Assembly: GCA_039545335.1 (NCBI GenBank) | Contig: BCIN01000001.1 | Location: 3,041,136-3,105,135 of the forward strand | DNA length: 64,000 nt | Reading direction: 5' to 3' | Source of the DNA: Kondoa subrosea | Lineage: Eukaryota | Part shown: piece after piece, positions 39,832-52,429 of the stretch | Position numbering within the stretch: the stretch's first letter is position 1 | Layout: each line of letters opens with the position of its first letter | Made by a program: the position numbers and the translations under genes | Notes under the pieces: generated by a model | What the model saw: the letters and a program-made list of their open reading frames with translations, nothing else | What the model was told of the DNA's origin: nothing | The model's database searches: none

Positions 39832-42046
39832 ATGTGTACATTTCTCCTCACTCTGCATAATAATTTATTGCAATTTGGCTTATTGCATCGTGAGAACAGC
39901 TACAATAGTCGAGCGGATTAAAGCGATCGGTAGGCCTCATTATCTGAATGCATGTACTGTAAAAGCGGGAAGTCTGCGGCCTGTCCATGACGGTTTTCGA
40001 GAATTGGTGCAAATGTCGAATATCGAGAACTGGTCATGAATAGGCTGCAGACTGGCTTGCTGTATCTCATTGTATTCTGTTCGATAAATAGAGGATGAGA
40101 TGGTCAGTCAGACGGCTTAGCATTTGAGAATTCAGCTCATGCATAGGCTCTCGATATGACAGGCCAAGACTCAGAAAGTAAGTATTCCAACTATTACCAT
40201 AGCTCAATATTTGACAGTATGCGTAATGTACAGAGTTCGTCATACCTAATCAGACATTGCTCTGTGCTTAAATTGCAAATCATCAGACAAGGCTACAAGG
40301 TAGATCATCTATTTCGATAATACCTTCGGGGTTTGCTCGATATTGATGGTGCTACAGTTTCCATTTAGGTCAACTGAAAGCCAAACTAGCTAAACTCAAA
40401 AGAGAACTCATCACACCTTCATCTTCTTCTGGACCTGCTGGTGCAGGTTTCGATGTTGCTCGAACGGGTATCGCTTCTGTTGGATTTATAGGCTGTACGG
40501 TGGACACTCTAGATCGTTAAGTATTGAATGTCTCATCAAGCAACTTTTAGTTCCCTCGGTGGGGAAAAGTTCACTGATGAGTAAACTGACGGGGACGGAG
40601 TCAATTGCTGCTGCATGTGCGTCAAATGTTGGGATTCAGCTAGTCTTCTAGCTGACGCGGACTCTTGACACACAGATGAATTCACGACATTGACGACTGT
40701 CCCTGGTACTTTGGAAGTCAATGGCGCAAAAATTCAGAGTGAGCGAATCGAATTCGATGTGTACTGGAGAACAGCAGTTGATCAAGCCTCGATAGTCCTC
40801 GATTTGCCTGGTATTATTGAAGGTGCCAAAGATGGTAAAGGTCGAGGTCGCCAAGTCATTGCAGTCGCCCGATCAACGAACCTGATCTTTATCGTCCTGG
40901 ACGTGCTCAAACCGTTGAAAGATAAAACAGTCATCGAAACTGAATTAGAAGGTTTCGGTATTCGATTGAACAAAGAACCGCCAAATATCTTGATCAAGAA
41001 GAAGGATCGTGGTGGAATAGCAATCAGCAATACTGTTCCGCTTACGAAGCTAGAAACGGAGGAAATCAAAGCGGTGCTTGCTGAATACAAGTTGTCGAAT
41101 TGCGATATTTCTTTTAGATGTGACGCTACGCTGGATGAATTGATTGATGTGTGCGAGGGGAACCGTGTTTATGTACGATATTCTGCTTATACTCGGCTCT
41201 TCCGCTGACATCTATGACAGATCCCTGCGGGCATGTTTAAACCTCTTGAACGAGCTTTTGACTAAGGGAACTGACTCCTTTGTTTGCAGTGTATGTACTG
41301 AACAAGATTGATGCGATCTCGCACGAAGAACTAGATCTGCTCTATCGTGTGTCGAAAACCTCTTCATTCGCAAAACCCTTGTTTGCTCAACTTTCATGAA
41401 TTCTGACTACCACAGGTATTCCAGATTCGGTACCGATCAGTGTGAAGCTATGGCTAAGTATGCTCAAGCGTCACTTATATCAACTATGACTGATGTTCTG
41501 CTCCAGATATCGATGAATTGCTTGAAGTCATGTGGGAAAAATTAAATCTGGTTCGAGTATATACGAAACCAAGAGGAAAACTGCCGGACTATACTGCGCC
41601 AGTCGTACTGAAGAAGAACAAGGCATCGGTTGAAGTAAGTCAAACCTCGTTTTGTGTTTCAAGCCGCTGACACTTGAACAGGATTTCTGTAATGCAATTC
41701 ACAAGTACGTCACTACCCTTCTGCAGCGTATGGAAGGATGTTTGACGTTGAAACACAGGGATATTGTGAACCAATTCAAGGTAGCCATCGTCTGGGGGTC
41801 TTCGGCGAAGGTAGTGCTTCAATTTGCTTGCAAGGAATTGGATCTGAACATCCGTCACAGCACGCTCGTGGCCAGAAAGTGGGACTAGAGCATGTTTTAC
41901 AAGCAAGTTTTTGTTATAATACCTATTTGGCAATGCAGTCTAACATGTTCTGCTTTCATTGCAGGATGAGGATGTTATAACCAGTATGTTTCTGCTTCTT
42001 TCAGGCTCGAATCAGCTCACATGTTCTGGCAGTCACTAAAAAGTGA
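39832..42046 (+). CDS. RBG1: Developmentally regulated GTP-binding protein (DRG1/Rbg1, OBG family)
   Basis: [74 protein letters not shown] and a C-terminal TGS domain. Many microexons. Confidence 0.95.
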
Positions 42047-42359
42047 ACGTTGCTATTCCTGAGGAAGAATACAACGGATGCATTTGGACCAATTGTAATA
42101 CAGTGTATATGGGGATGCATACAGCATCTTCTTTCCCTCGTCCCTACACTCTTCCGGTGTGACCGGTCTGCCTGAGTTCGGCAAAAGTCATTTTCTCTAT
42201 AGCTATTCTTTGAGAGCCTTGTCTTCAGCTGCTCGTCGCTAGGTGTGCAGCGAGCTTCATCTGAGGATCCGCAAGCTGATTTGGGTGAAAGTCAAGACTT
42301 GTAAATTTTCACTTGTCCTTCTCTCATAACCACCCTACACCTAAAAACTACTCTTCATC

Positions 42360-45300
42360 ATGGTGAAGTGAGTGCATACGCTGCATGTGTCGGCACACAG
42401 CTAACAATATTCGCTCTACAGTTTCACAGTAGGCAAGTCGATATTATGCACAAGCTTGGGCCAGAATAGCAAGCTAATACAAACTTGTTTGATGATCAGA
42501 CCAGATGCGCGGCCTTATGGACCACGGTATGCGCTGCTATATGCAAGTCTCGCGGGCAGTAGACTGATCAAAGTGGCAATTGTCTACAGCATCTAAGTAA
42601 GTGTGCCTCTACGTGTATGAGATGCCTTATTGATGAGATGTACAGCATTCGTAACATTTCCGTTATCGCTCACGGTCAGCTCCAGCGTGCTGCAATCATG
42701 CGACCGAGATGTACTGAAATTTGCAAATTTCCATAGTCGATCACGGAAAGTCTACTCTCACCGATTCATTGGTGCAAAAGGCCGGTATCATCGCTTCATC
42801 CAAGGCCGGAGACATGCGATACACTGACACAAGAGATGATGAGAAGGAAAGAGGTATCACAATCAAGTCGACCGCTATCTCTATGTACTTCGAGATGGAA
42901 AAGGAAGACCTTGAAGCCATTGCACAGAGGACTGACGGTTCGTTGGAATTGCTACCGATGTCTCGGATCATCCTCAATGTCGTCTTCGAACAGGAAACGA
43001 GTTCTTGATCAACTTGATCGATTCACCTGGTCACGTCGATTTCTCATCTGAAGTCACTGCTGCTCTTCGTGTCACCGATGGTGCCCTTGTTGTCGTCGAT
43101 TGCGTTGAGTACGTTTGGGTCTTTCTTCCACCAGTATTGAGCTCATCGGCACTTCAGCGGTGTTTGCGTACAAACCGAAACCGTCTTGCGACAAGCTCTT
43201 ACCGAGCGAATTAAGCCTGTTGTCATCATCAACAAGGTCGACCGTGCTCTTCTCGAACTCCAAGTTACCAAAGAAGACCTTTACCAATCTTTCTGCCGAA
43301 CAATCGAATCCGTCAATGTCATTATCTCTACCTACAACGACAAAGCTCTCGGTGATCTTCAAGTCTACCCTGAAAAGGGAACAGTAGCTTTCGGATCCGG
43401 TCTTCACGGTTGGGCTTTCTCTCTCCGAAACTTCGCCACCCGTTACGCAAAGAAGTTCGGTATTGACAAGGCAAAGATGATGGACCGACTTTGGGGAGAT
43501 AACTTCTTCAACCCAAAGACCAAGAAGTGGACCAAGAAGAACACTGACGATGACGGAAAGCCATTAGACCGAGCCTTCAAGTCAGTTTCTTTCCGTCTTA
43601 TTCACGCGAGACCATTTGCTGAGATCCCGTTCAAGCATGTTCGTTCTTGACCCTATCTTCAAAATCTTTGAAGCATGCATGAACCACAAAACTGCATCGC
43701 TCATGGTATGTTTCTGACTTTCTTAAATATCAGTCCTTGTTTGCTAATTTTGTGCTTTACCAATCTACAGCCTATGTTGGAAAAGCTTGAGATCACTCTA
43801 AAATCTGACGAGAAGGATCTAGAAGGCAAGGCTTTGCTCAAGATCATCATGAAGAAGTTCTTGCCAGCTGGTGATTCTCTTCTTGAGATGATGTATGTCT
43901 GGCTTTCTGTCTTGTCGCTCATGCCTCTGACGCCGTGTGAAGCGTCATCAACCTTCCTTCTCCTGAAACTGCCCAGAAATACCGTGTAGAGACCCTTTAT
44001 GAAGGTCCTATGGATGATGAATCTGCTATTGCCATCCGTGATTGCGACCCTAAGGGTGTAAGTCCTTGTTTCTTTGATGTCCGATTACAAGCTCATCAGT
44101 TTGTCCTAGCCTCTCATGTTGTACGTCTCAAAGATGGTACCCACCTCCGATAAGGGACGTTTCTACGCTTTCGGTCGTGTTTTCTCTGGAACAGTCAAGG
44201 CCGGACCAAAGATCAGAATTCAAGGACCAAACTACCAGCCCGGAAGCAAGACCGACTCCAACATCAAATCAGTTCAGCGAACCGTTCTGATGATGGGTCG
44301 AACTGTCGAACCAATCGAAGATTGCCCAGCTGGTAACATTATCGGTTTAGTCGGTATCGATCAATTCTTGCTCAAGTCCGGAACCCTCACTACTGCTGAG
44401 AACGCTCACAACATGAAGGTTATGAAGTTCTCTGTCTCACCTGTCGTGCAAGTCGCTGTCGAAGTCCAGAACGCTAACGATCTACCAAAACTTGTCGAAG
44501 GTCTTAAGCGTCTGTCTAAGTCTGATCCGTGTGTAATGACATGGATCAACGAAACCGGTGAACACATTGTTGCGTACGTACTGCTTTGGTCTCTTCCCCT
44601 TCTTCTGCTCATCCAAGACTTGGTCACACAGCGGTGCCGGTGAATTGCATTTGGAAATCTGCTTGAAGGATCTTGAAGAAGACCATGCTGGTGTTCCTCT
44701 CAAGAAATCAGCTCCAGTTGTCGGTTACAGAGAAACCATTCAAGCCAAATCCTCCATGACTGCTCTTTCCAAGTCTCAGAACAAGCACAACAGAATCTGG
44801 ATGGAGTCTGAACCTTTAGTCGAAGAGCTTTCAAAGGACATTGAAAGCGGAAAGGTCAACCCCAGAGATGATGTGAAGATTCGTGGCAGATATTTGGCTG
44901 ATGAGTACGGTTGGGATATCACTGATGCAAGAAAGATTTGGTGCTTCGTAAGTATTCATCTCTTGTACTTATGCAAATGCTCCTGCTGATCAATTTGCGT
45001 TCGACAGGGTCCTGAAGGAACCGGTCCTAACTTGCTTGTCGACACCACCAAGGGTGTGCAATACCTCAACGAAATCAAAGATTCATGTGTGGCTGCTTTC
45101 CAATGGGCGACAAAAGAAGGTGTATGCTGCGAAGAGAACATGCGAGGAACAAGATTCAACGGTAAGTAGCGACCTCCTCTCACCTTGGTTCTTGCTCACG
45201 TGCCTCATCTATAGTTATGGATGTCACGCTACACACCGATGCTATCCACAGAGGTGGTGGACAAATTATCCCGTTTGTCATTTCATCGTAGCATTTTTTG

Positions 45301-45999
45301 CCGCACTGACTTCGAGCAGAACAACTCGTCGCGTTGTCTACGCATCTGCTCTTCTCTCTCAGCCTGGTCTTCAGGAACCTGTTTTCATGGTCGAAACCCA
45401 ATGTCCAGAAACCGCTCTTGGAGGTGTAAGTGCAAAGTTCATGTTGTACTTATCTGTACTAAGTCTCCTCCAGATCTATTCCGTGTTGAACAGAAAGCGA
45501 GGAATGGTCTTCTCAGAAGAGCAAAGACCAGGGTATGCTTTTCTCAACATAATACTGACTTTTCAGCTGATTTTGCTCTCCAGAACACCTATGTACACCG
45601 TCAAGGCATACCTACCAGTCTCTGAATCATTCGGTTTCAACGGTGAACTGCGTCAAGCGACTGGTGGACAGGCTTTCCCTCAAATGGTCTTCGAGTAAGT
45701 TTCAGACATATGAAAGGTCGACTTTGATGCTCAAATTCACCCAGTCACTGGGCTATCATGAACGGAAACCCTCTCGAGAAGGGAAGCAAGCTCGAAACTT
45801 TGGTCACCGATATTAGAAAGAGGAAAGGAGTACGTCAGACTCGTCTTAGTCTATTCGCGTTGCTCATTATGCCTTCATTCTCTCCAGCTCAAGCCTGAGA
45901 TACCTGGTCTCGATCAAGTACGTTCTCACGCATTTAAGCAAAATTGCAAATTGCTAATCGACACTTGGTTGATTTCTTTAGTACTACGACAAGCTCTAA
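42360..45999 (+). CDS. EFT1: Translation elongation factor 2
   Basis: [47 protein letters not shown], diphthamide loop DAIHRGGGQ and C-terminal YYDKL*. Confidence 0.98.
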
Positions 46000-46192
46000 A
46001 ACCGCATGCAAGAAAGGCTTCAGGTGTTGGTGTAAGGTTGATTCTTCAAGTACGATTAGAGCTATCTGTATTGCATTCTTTCGTGATCGCATGATGTGAC
46101 TTCTTTCTATGAATCTTTTTCGCTTTGTTTCATGCTTTCTGCCTGTTCCATTCAAGACGTATTTTAGTGAACGGAGTGTCATTGGGTGATGC

Positions 46193-49008
46193 TCATCTAG
46201 TATACAATGCTTTACTGGTATTCACTTTATGAATGGTAATTATGCACCTAAATTCAAACACTTTATTACCGCTTTGAATACGACGAGCCATCAGCTTCAG
46301 CACTACTAAATAAGAAGCGGAGCGCACTGACATGCTCAGCGTGTCAATCTGCGGACCACCCTGTCGCTGCCGAGATCTTCTTTACTTAGATTACTGCTTT
46401 TGCTATTTGATAAAGATTGGTGAGCTGATCGATCGTGGGCTTTCCGCGTAACTAAGAGACAGAATCAGCATTAATGATATGTGATATAACAGCTCAGCAT
46501 ACTTCGACATATGTCGACCGTTTCCCTCTATCGAGCCTATCATATCGCATGACCAGGTCCCAGGAGAGCACGCCCTGGCGCTCATCCTGCTCATCGTCTC
46601 GTAGTGTTACCATACTCAACGGAGAAGCAGAAGCTGTGTCTTTTAAGTGGGCTCGACGGATATTGACATGTTCCGCCAATACATAGAGATCGCCAGAGTA
46701 AGTCAGATATTGAGGCGGTACTTCGAGATCACTTTGCCTAAAAGTAAGATATTAGCGGTTGCTGTGCGTCCTTAGGGACTACTCACATGGCTTCCGCAAA
46801 AGCTTCATCTTCTATTTTAGCTGCATCGAACCCCTTGCAAGCAGATAGGGAGAAGGCCAGATCAGTAGCTCTATAGCGATGATATTAGCGACGACGCAAT
46901 CTCAATCATGGTGAAACCCACCTATCGGGCAGGAACAAGCCAAATTCTTCCGTCCTTTCTAACGTGAAATTCCAGGTCTTACTTTTCCTCGGATACTGAA
47001 TACCAACTAAGCTCTTGGAATGCTGATCATCCTGAAGTCTCTTCACACGACGGTAGACTAGCGATCGTGAGCTCTCGGTTTCCACACTGTAAGAGCTCAT
47101 CCGCTTTTGGAGTTCTTCAGCCAAGAGTACACCAAATTCATCCGCCTTGCTCAATGTCTCATCTTGGCTTTCCATAAAGTCCAAGAAGTTGGGAGGACAT
47201 CCAGGCAGGAATTGAGGTGATTGCGCGATCTGGGGTAATGCCTCATGTACAGCTGGACCGAAGTAAGTTGGATCCCATGTAGAAGTAGAAGCGGGAAAAA
47301 CAAGATGACCAAAGCTATGAAGTATACTAGATCAGCGAAAGACTATACATGCAGACAAGAGGACGCACGAAAGAGTCATACGGAAATCGCCAAACGGAAC
47401 CAACCGCCTGTAGGCAGCCCGCATGCGAGGAAACAATTGATTTGCCGACCTGATGGCAACAGCATTAGGCTCGTAGATCTCTAGTAAAACGTGTCACTCG
47501 CCCATCTGAAACAGCGAGCTCTTTACTGCCAGTTGATGCCGGGTTGAGGTCAGATAAGTTGTGCAAACTCGATACGGTGCTCAATCTGGACAGTAGAGAG
47601 CTTTCTCCAACAGGTGTAAGGATGGATAGAGAATCTTTCGGTATCAAAGGGAGAAAAGCGTAGCCTTCGAAAGGCGCTGCTGTACCAATTTTGCCGCAAA
47701 GCTGTCGGGCTCGAATTCGTGTATGCTATAGACAATTATAGTCAATCAGATGTGCTAACGAAATGATACAAACGTACTGCAACAGCTGCTCGATCGAGAT
47801 GAAACTTTGCTGAATTCTTGTCCTGCTTCTTCTTTGCGCTCCAAAGCATGAGGTTGGCAGAATCCTGCGACGGGGATCAGCCCAGCATCCGAGGTTAGAC
47901 AGCTGTCACTACTGACAGGAATTGGCTCAATATATGTTTTGCTTGCAAAAGCGATATTCCTGATAACGCTAGGATGGACAGTAACGTTATTCGGAAACTG
48001 ATATTCTTGAGATTGAATCGACTAAGCAGAAGTCAGTAACCTTTCCAAGATTATAGCTGGTCTAATGCACCTGTTTTGTCTTCTCTAACAAACTGGCTGC
48101 AGCTTTTACAGAAACATCTGACCCTTGAAGCTCTAATGTGTGTACAGCATCCACTTCTGAGCTTTCTGATGGATTGAGCTTATAGGAGAATTCCGCAGAG
48201 AGCTGGCTTTGTACTGCCGTAGGCTATTAGCTTAGACAATTTGCCAAGCATTAGAAGCTCACATAAAGGCAGGCAAATATAGACCTCGCGGGTTGAGAGT
48301 GAAATATCTATAGCTAGTTAGCGATATAAGCTAAAGGGTATAACTTGCCATACCTTGACGTATAGCAGCTACAGGACGTGTACTGAGCGCTTCTTTCTCC
48401 ATCCGTTCCTTCTCTTTCTCCTTCTCTGCCTGCCTTGTTTGCCAAGTCTTGATCATTTCTACGGGATCTTCCCAGTGCCAACCTTGTTTGTGCTTGACCA
48501 GTATTTCGGCCAGCGCTTCTTTGTCCATCTTTCTGTTTGCAGGCGATTCGAGCAAACGAGACAAAGAAAGGAGTTGCGCTTTACTGAAAGCAGTAGCTAC
48601 AATGTCCACACTCTTGGTAAAACGTTTCTGATACCATTGTAAACGCTGTTCTTGAGTGCTCTTCCTAGGTGGTACCAAGTCCTCGTACTCTTTTGGTCTC
48701 AAGGCTAACAAATCTTCAATAGTAGGAGTTGGTACTTTCGGCCTGGTCTTCTTCCTCCTAATAATCTTTGTTTCTGCAGCATCTTCGATCAAGTCACTAG
48801 CGGAAGGTGCACGACGCTTTCCAGATTTTGGTCGACTGGAAGCCAGCACAGCCGGATCGCTTGCATCAGGAAGGGATGATATGGCACTCGCATCTGCCTC
48901 TTGTGAGCGTGATGAGCTGGAAGAGTGACATCGTATAAATTTGCTTGTTGAAATGCAGGTGCGGAGCGAGAGCAATTCCAGCCAAGCTCGGCCAGTCACA
49001 AAGGCCAT
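46193..49008 (-). CDS. Hypothetical protein with putative mitochondrial targeting peptide (possibly Sls1-like)
   Basis: Arg/Ser-rich N-terminus with few acidic residues; 225-aa first ORF followed by many GT-AG-bounded exons. 3' end approximate and family assignment weak. Confidence 0.5.
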
Positions 49009-49449
49009 ACACAGGCGGTAGAATAGGATATACTAGTCAAGCAGGGAATATCTAGATCTCCATAGCACCTCGCTGTTTTAAAGCGACTTTCACTTTGCTT
49101 TGTTTGCAACAAACGATGACCTCTTGCACCACAGATTTGGCCGCTAAGTGTACATCAAAGCCTGCTCTGGCTCATTCCATCACATTTCGCTTTTCAATTA
49201 ATTGCTTTCAGGCCGCGTTCGCAGTCACATTACTAGAGTAATGCACCTATGATCACGCACAGATAGCACTGATGCATATGACTACTTTCTCTCGATCGCT
49301 ATGCTAGCTCTTCCGCTGCAATCCGGCTAGCGGGCTAGCGGGCTGCATAGCTTGCCCAGCCAAGACTGTATCGTTCTAAGTGCACAGCATCTTCATCATT
49401 GTGCTTTCTCTTTCTCGTCTCTTGATCGCGAGGATCTTTCGTGAGGATC

Positions 49450-50259
49450 ATGTTATCCATGTCGGTTTCTCTTAGAATCGCTCGACCTGGTGATGAACCT
49501 TCTCTGGCCCGAGTGAGATATGAAGCAAACAAGAACGCAGCACACAAGCTGTTCAATACTCCTGGCTATAGTGATCCAGCCTACGAGACTCCATTGCTGA
49601 ATACATTTGTGGCTCGCTTCACCAAGTCAATACCCAAAGAAAGGGTGGTGGTTGCCGAAACGAAGGATGGAAAAATAGTCGGATATGCCGAATGGATCTT
49701 GCCTGAGAGTGAGACCAGAATTGACAAGAAGGACCAAGTGACTGAGCTCGAATCTACTCAGTCTAGTGAGTTTCTGAAATTTTCGCAACAATTTTCGCGA
49801 GACTGAACGCTTGAGGACAGAGACTGATGGCATGCTTGATGCCTACCGTAATCAGCTGAAGAGAGGCGTGATTGACAGTGTGCCAAATAAGTCGGTACTG
49901 TCCTGATCGACGAAAAGACTAATTCAAGCCTACAACTCTGCAGATACTTCAAACAACACATCATACGCAATGGTATTGCCGTGCATCCTGAATATCAAAG
50001 GGAGAGGGTAGATACCGTTCATGACATGCTGTCTGAAACCTGCTAAATATGAAACTGTAGTATCGGAAAACAGCTCACAGACTATATGTCAGATATTAGT
50101 CGCACTCTAGGAATTCCGATCGGTACATTGGCGTCACTTGAAGCTGCACAGGTCAATATCAGATGTGGATATGAAACTGTGGAAGAGGTTCAGATTGTCG
50201 ACGTTAGACCTAGAAAGGAAGCGAGCATTGCCATGTATGCTCAGCGCTGGTCTCCGTAG
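49450..50259 (+). pseudogene. GNAT acetyltransferase with a +1 frameshift in motif A
   Basis: LRIARPGD..VVVAETKDGKIVGYAEW..GIAVHPEYQ. Removing one A at 49997-49999 restores QGRG|IGK across intron 50008-50060 and an open frame to TAG 50257-50259. Confidence 0.7.
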
Positions 50260-50302
50260 ATCCATGTATGAACTACTCGTGAGTCAGACAAAAGGGTTCA
50301 AG

Positions 50303-50674
50303 AGGCTTTCCCTCAAATAGTCTTACCTTCTCGAGAAGGGAAGCAAGCTTGAAACTTTGGTCACCGATATTAGAAAGAGGAAAGGAGTACGTCAGACTCG
50401 TCTTAGTCTATTCTCGTTGCTCATTGATGCGTTCCTTATCTCCAGCTCAAGCCTGAGATACCTGGTCTCGATCAAGTGGGTTCTCACGCATTTAAGCAAC
50501 AGTGCAAATTGCTAATCGACACTTGGTTGATTTTTTTAGTACTACGACAAGCTCTAAAACCTCATGCAAGAAAGGCTTCTGGTGTTGGTGTAAGGTTGAT
50601 TCTTCAAGTACGATTAGAGCTATCTGTATTGCATTCTTTCGTAATCGCCGCATGTTGTGACTCCTTTCTGTGAA
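50303..50674 (+). repeat. Direct duplicate of the EF2 3' end (source ~45670-46113), introns retained
   Basis: Near-identical sequence including [34 protein letters not shown] and the 3' UTR, with an internal deletion near its 5' end. Confidence 0.95.
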
Positions 50675-50884
50675 CTGCATGAGTTCTTTTGTTCGGGCTT
50701 TGCTTCCAGCTCGTGAAAGAAGGGAGAATGTCTGGATGATGCTAAAGCTATATTACAACTCTATTGTTTGGCTGAAAAGTCCGTCTGAAAGATTCAATAT
50801 GCGAATGCTGCATGAAGTGTCCCTCCTATATACCAGTTGATCATGATTGGATCCCTATACGAGACTTTTGTTTTGTCCAGCTTG

Positions 50885-51333
50885 TTAGCTTCTGCTCCAG
50901 ATTACTGCTTGACCTGTTTGTTGACAGTCAGCACAACATAAGCACAGCAGATAGTAAGGCAGACCTTGAAGAATATATCTTTCGGACTGGATTGACTCTG
51001 TAAGCTGTATCACTCCACTGAAGAAGCTGTGAGTCATATGTTGTCTAAGTGAAATACGACACTTACTTCCCGCCAAAGTGATTGAGCACTATAGATTCCA
51101 TCTTTTCAAGAGCTTCTCGTCTCATTGAAGGTAACGTCATGCCAGTGTCTGTGGTATGAAGAATGTCCTGTTCATAAGGCAAAATAAATGAGCCATGGAA
51201 GGATGCGCGGCTTGCCAAGCGGGAGACTGACCTGGTGCCATCCTAATTCTGTACTTTGAGCCTTGACCATCCCGCATACGCAATCCAAGTGGAGACCAGG
51301 AATACTAGTTTGTGTTGTAATGTAGATTGACAT
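50885..51333 (-). CDS. YbjQ/UPF0145-like small protein (4 exons, ~94 aa)
   Basis: Spliced product MSIYITTQTSIPGLHLDCVCGMVKAQS...MRREALEKME...FGGNGVIQL...LQGQAVIWSRS* follows the YbjQ pattern (TT..IPG, G.V, RE.AL.M, G.NAV, G.AV). Confidence 0.65.
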
Positions 51334-51830
51334 GCAGTAGAGGATAGGAGAGCGATTGATTGAGAGTCGAAAAGAGTGTGGAAGGAAGACGAGGCAGCTG
51401 CCTGCGCGTATTTGGCCAGCCTAGAATAGATGTATACAGTAAAGAGACAAAGTGACAAATGAAAAACTTTTGCAATTCTATTCAAAGCTTTGACCACACA
51501 TTTCGATGGTTATGAGGCGGTTTTTAGTAGGACGCAGAATAGATGCAGATCAGGCAGACAGGCAGATGGCACAGATTAAGAGAGAGATGCCTTCAAAGTA
51601 GGACGTTGCACTCAGCCGCCGCGGAATAAAATGTCCGCTCTGACAAGCGGCATTAGATGGTAGCTCGGAAGCGACCATTAACGAACAAAGAAAGCTTATT
51701 AGCCACCGGCTATCCAGCATATACGTAGAAGCGCGTTGGACGAGAGGAAGTAAAGGAAGACTGTACCAACATCGGGATTCTTGACTCGAGAAAGGTATAA
51801 CAATGTTGGGCATATGTGCTGCCTTGAAGA

Positions 51831-52429
51831 TTATTGCCTCTGACCAGCAGATGTGCTCTTGGCCTGTTGCTCCTGCTGTATTTCGCCTTGAAGTTTGACA
51901 ATCTGCTCCAAGTATGAGTCGCGCACGATCGTAGCGAGACATGAATATCACCTCTAGCTTCTTCGCTTCCGTGTCCTCATTGAGCTTCTTAAGATTGGCA
52001 TCAACTTTCTTCCTGCTCAGGGCAAGATCAGCACGGCAAGTAATGACTGTCTGCGTGAACATACAATTCAGAAGAGATAAATTCTATCCGCTTGTCTACG
52101 TTACTCTTCGCTTCTACAGCATCTTGCTTGACCAGACAGCCGCCGATCTGATGAAGCATAAATGTGAGACTCGACGAATGGAAGCGAAGACAAGGCTCAC
52201 CAGCTTGAAGATTGTGTTATTCGGCGTGAGCAGTGCAAATTCCTATCAGAGCATCGTCAGCCATCGCCTCAGACATAGCAACAGCGAGACTGGAGCAAAC
52301 CTTCTTCACATTTGTGTTTTCAGTCAATTGAGCAGACAGCTTTTGTCTAGAGTCCACGATCACAGACGTGTCCGATTGCAAGCCTTGGTAGGCGCTCATC
52401 GCATCTTGTAGCTTGTCCTGACTTGACAT
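51831..52429 (-). CDS. YKE2: Prefoldin subunit 6
   Basis: RQKLSAQLTENTNVKK|EF..L....IFKL|IGGCLVKQDAVEAKSNVDKRIEFISSEL. Confidence 0.92.
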
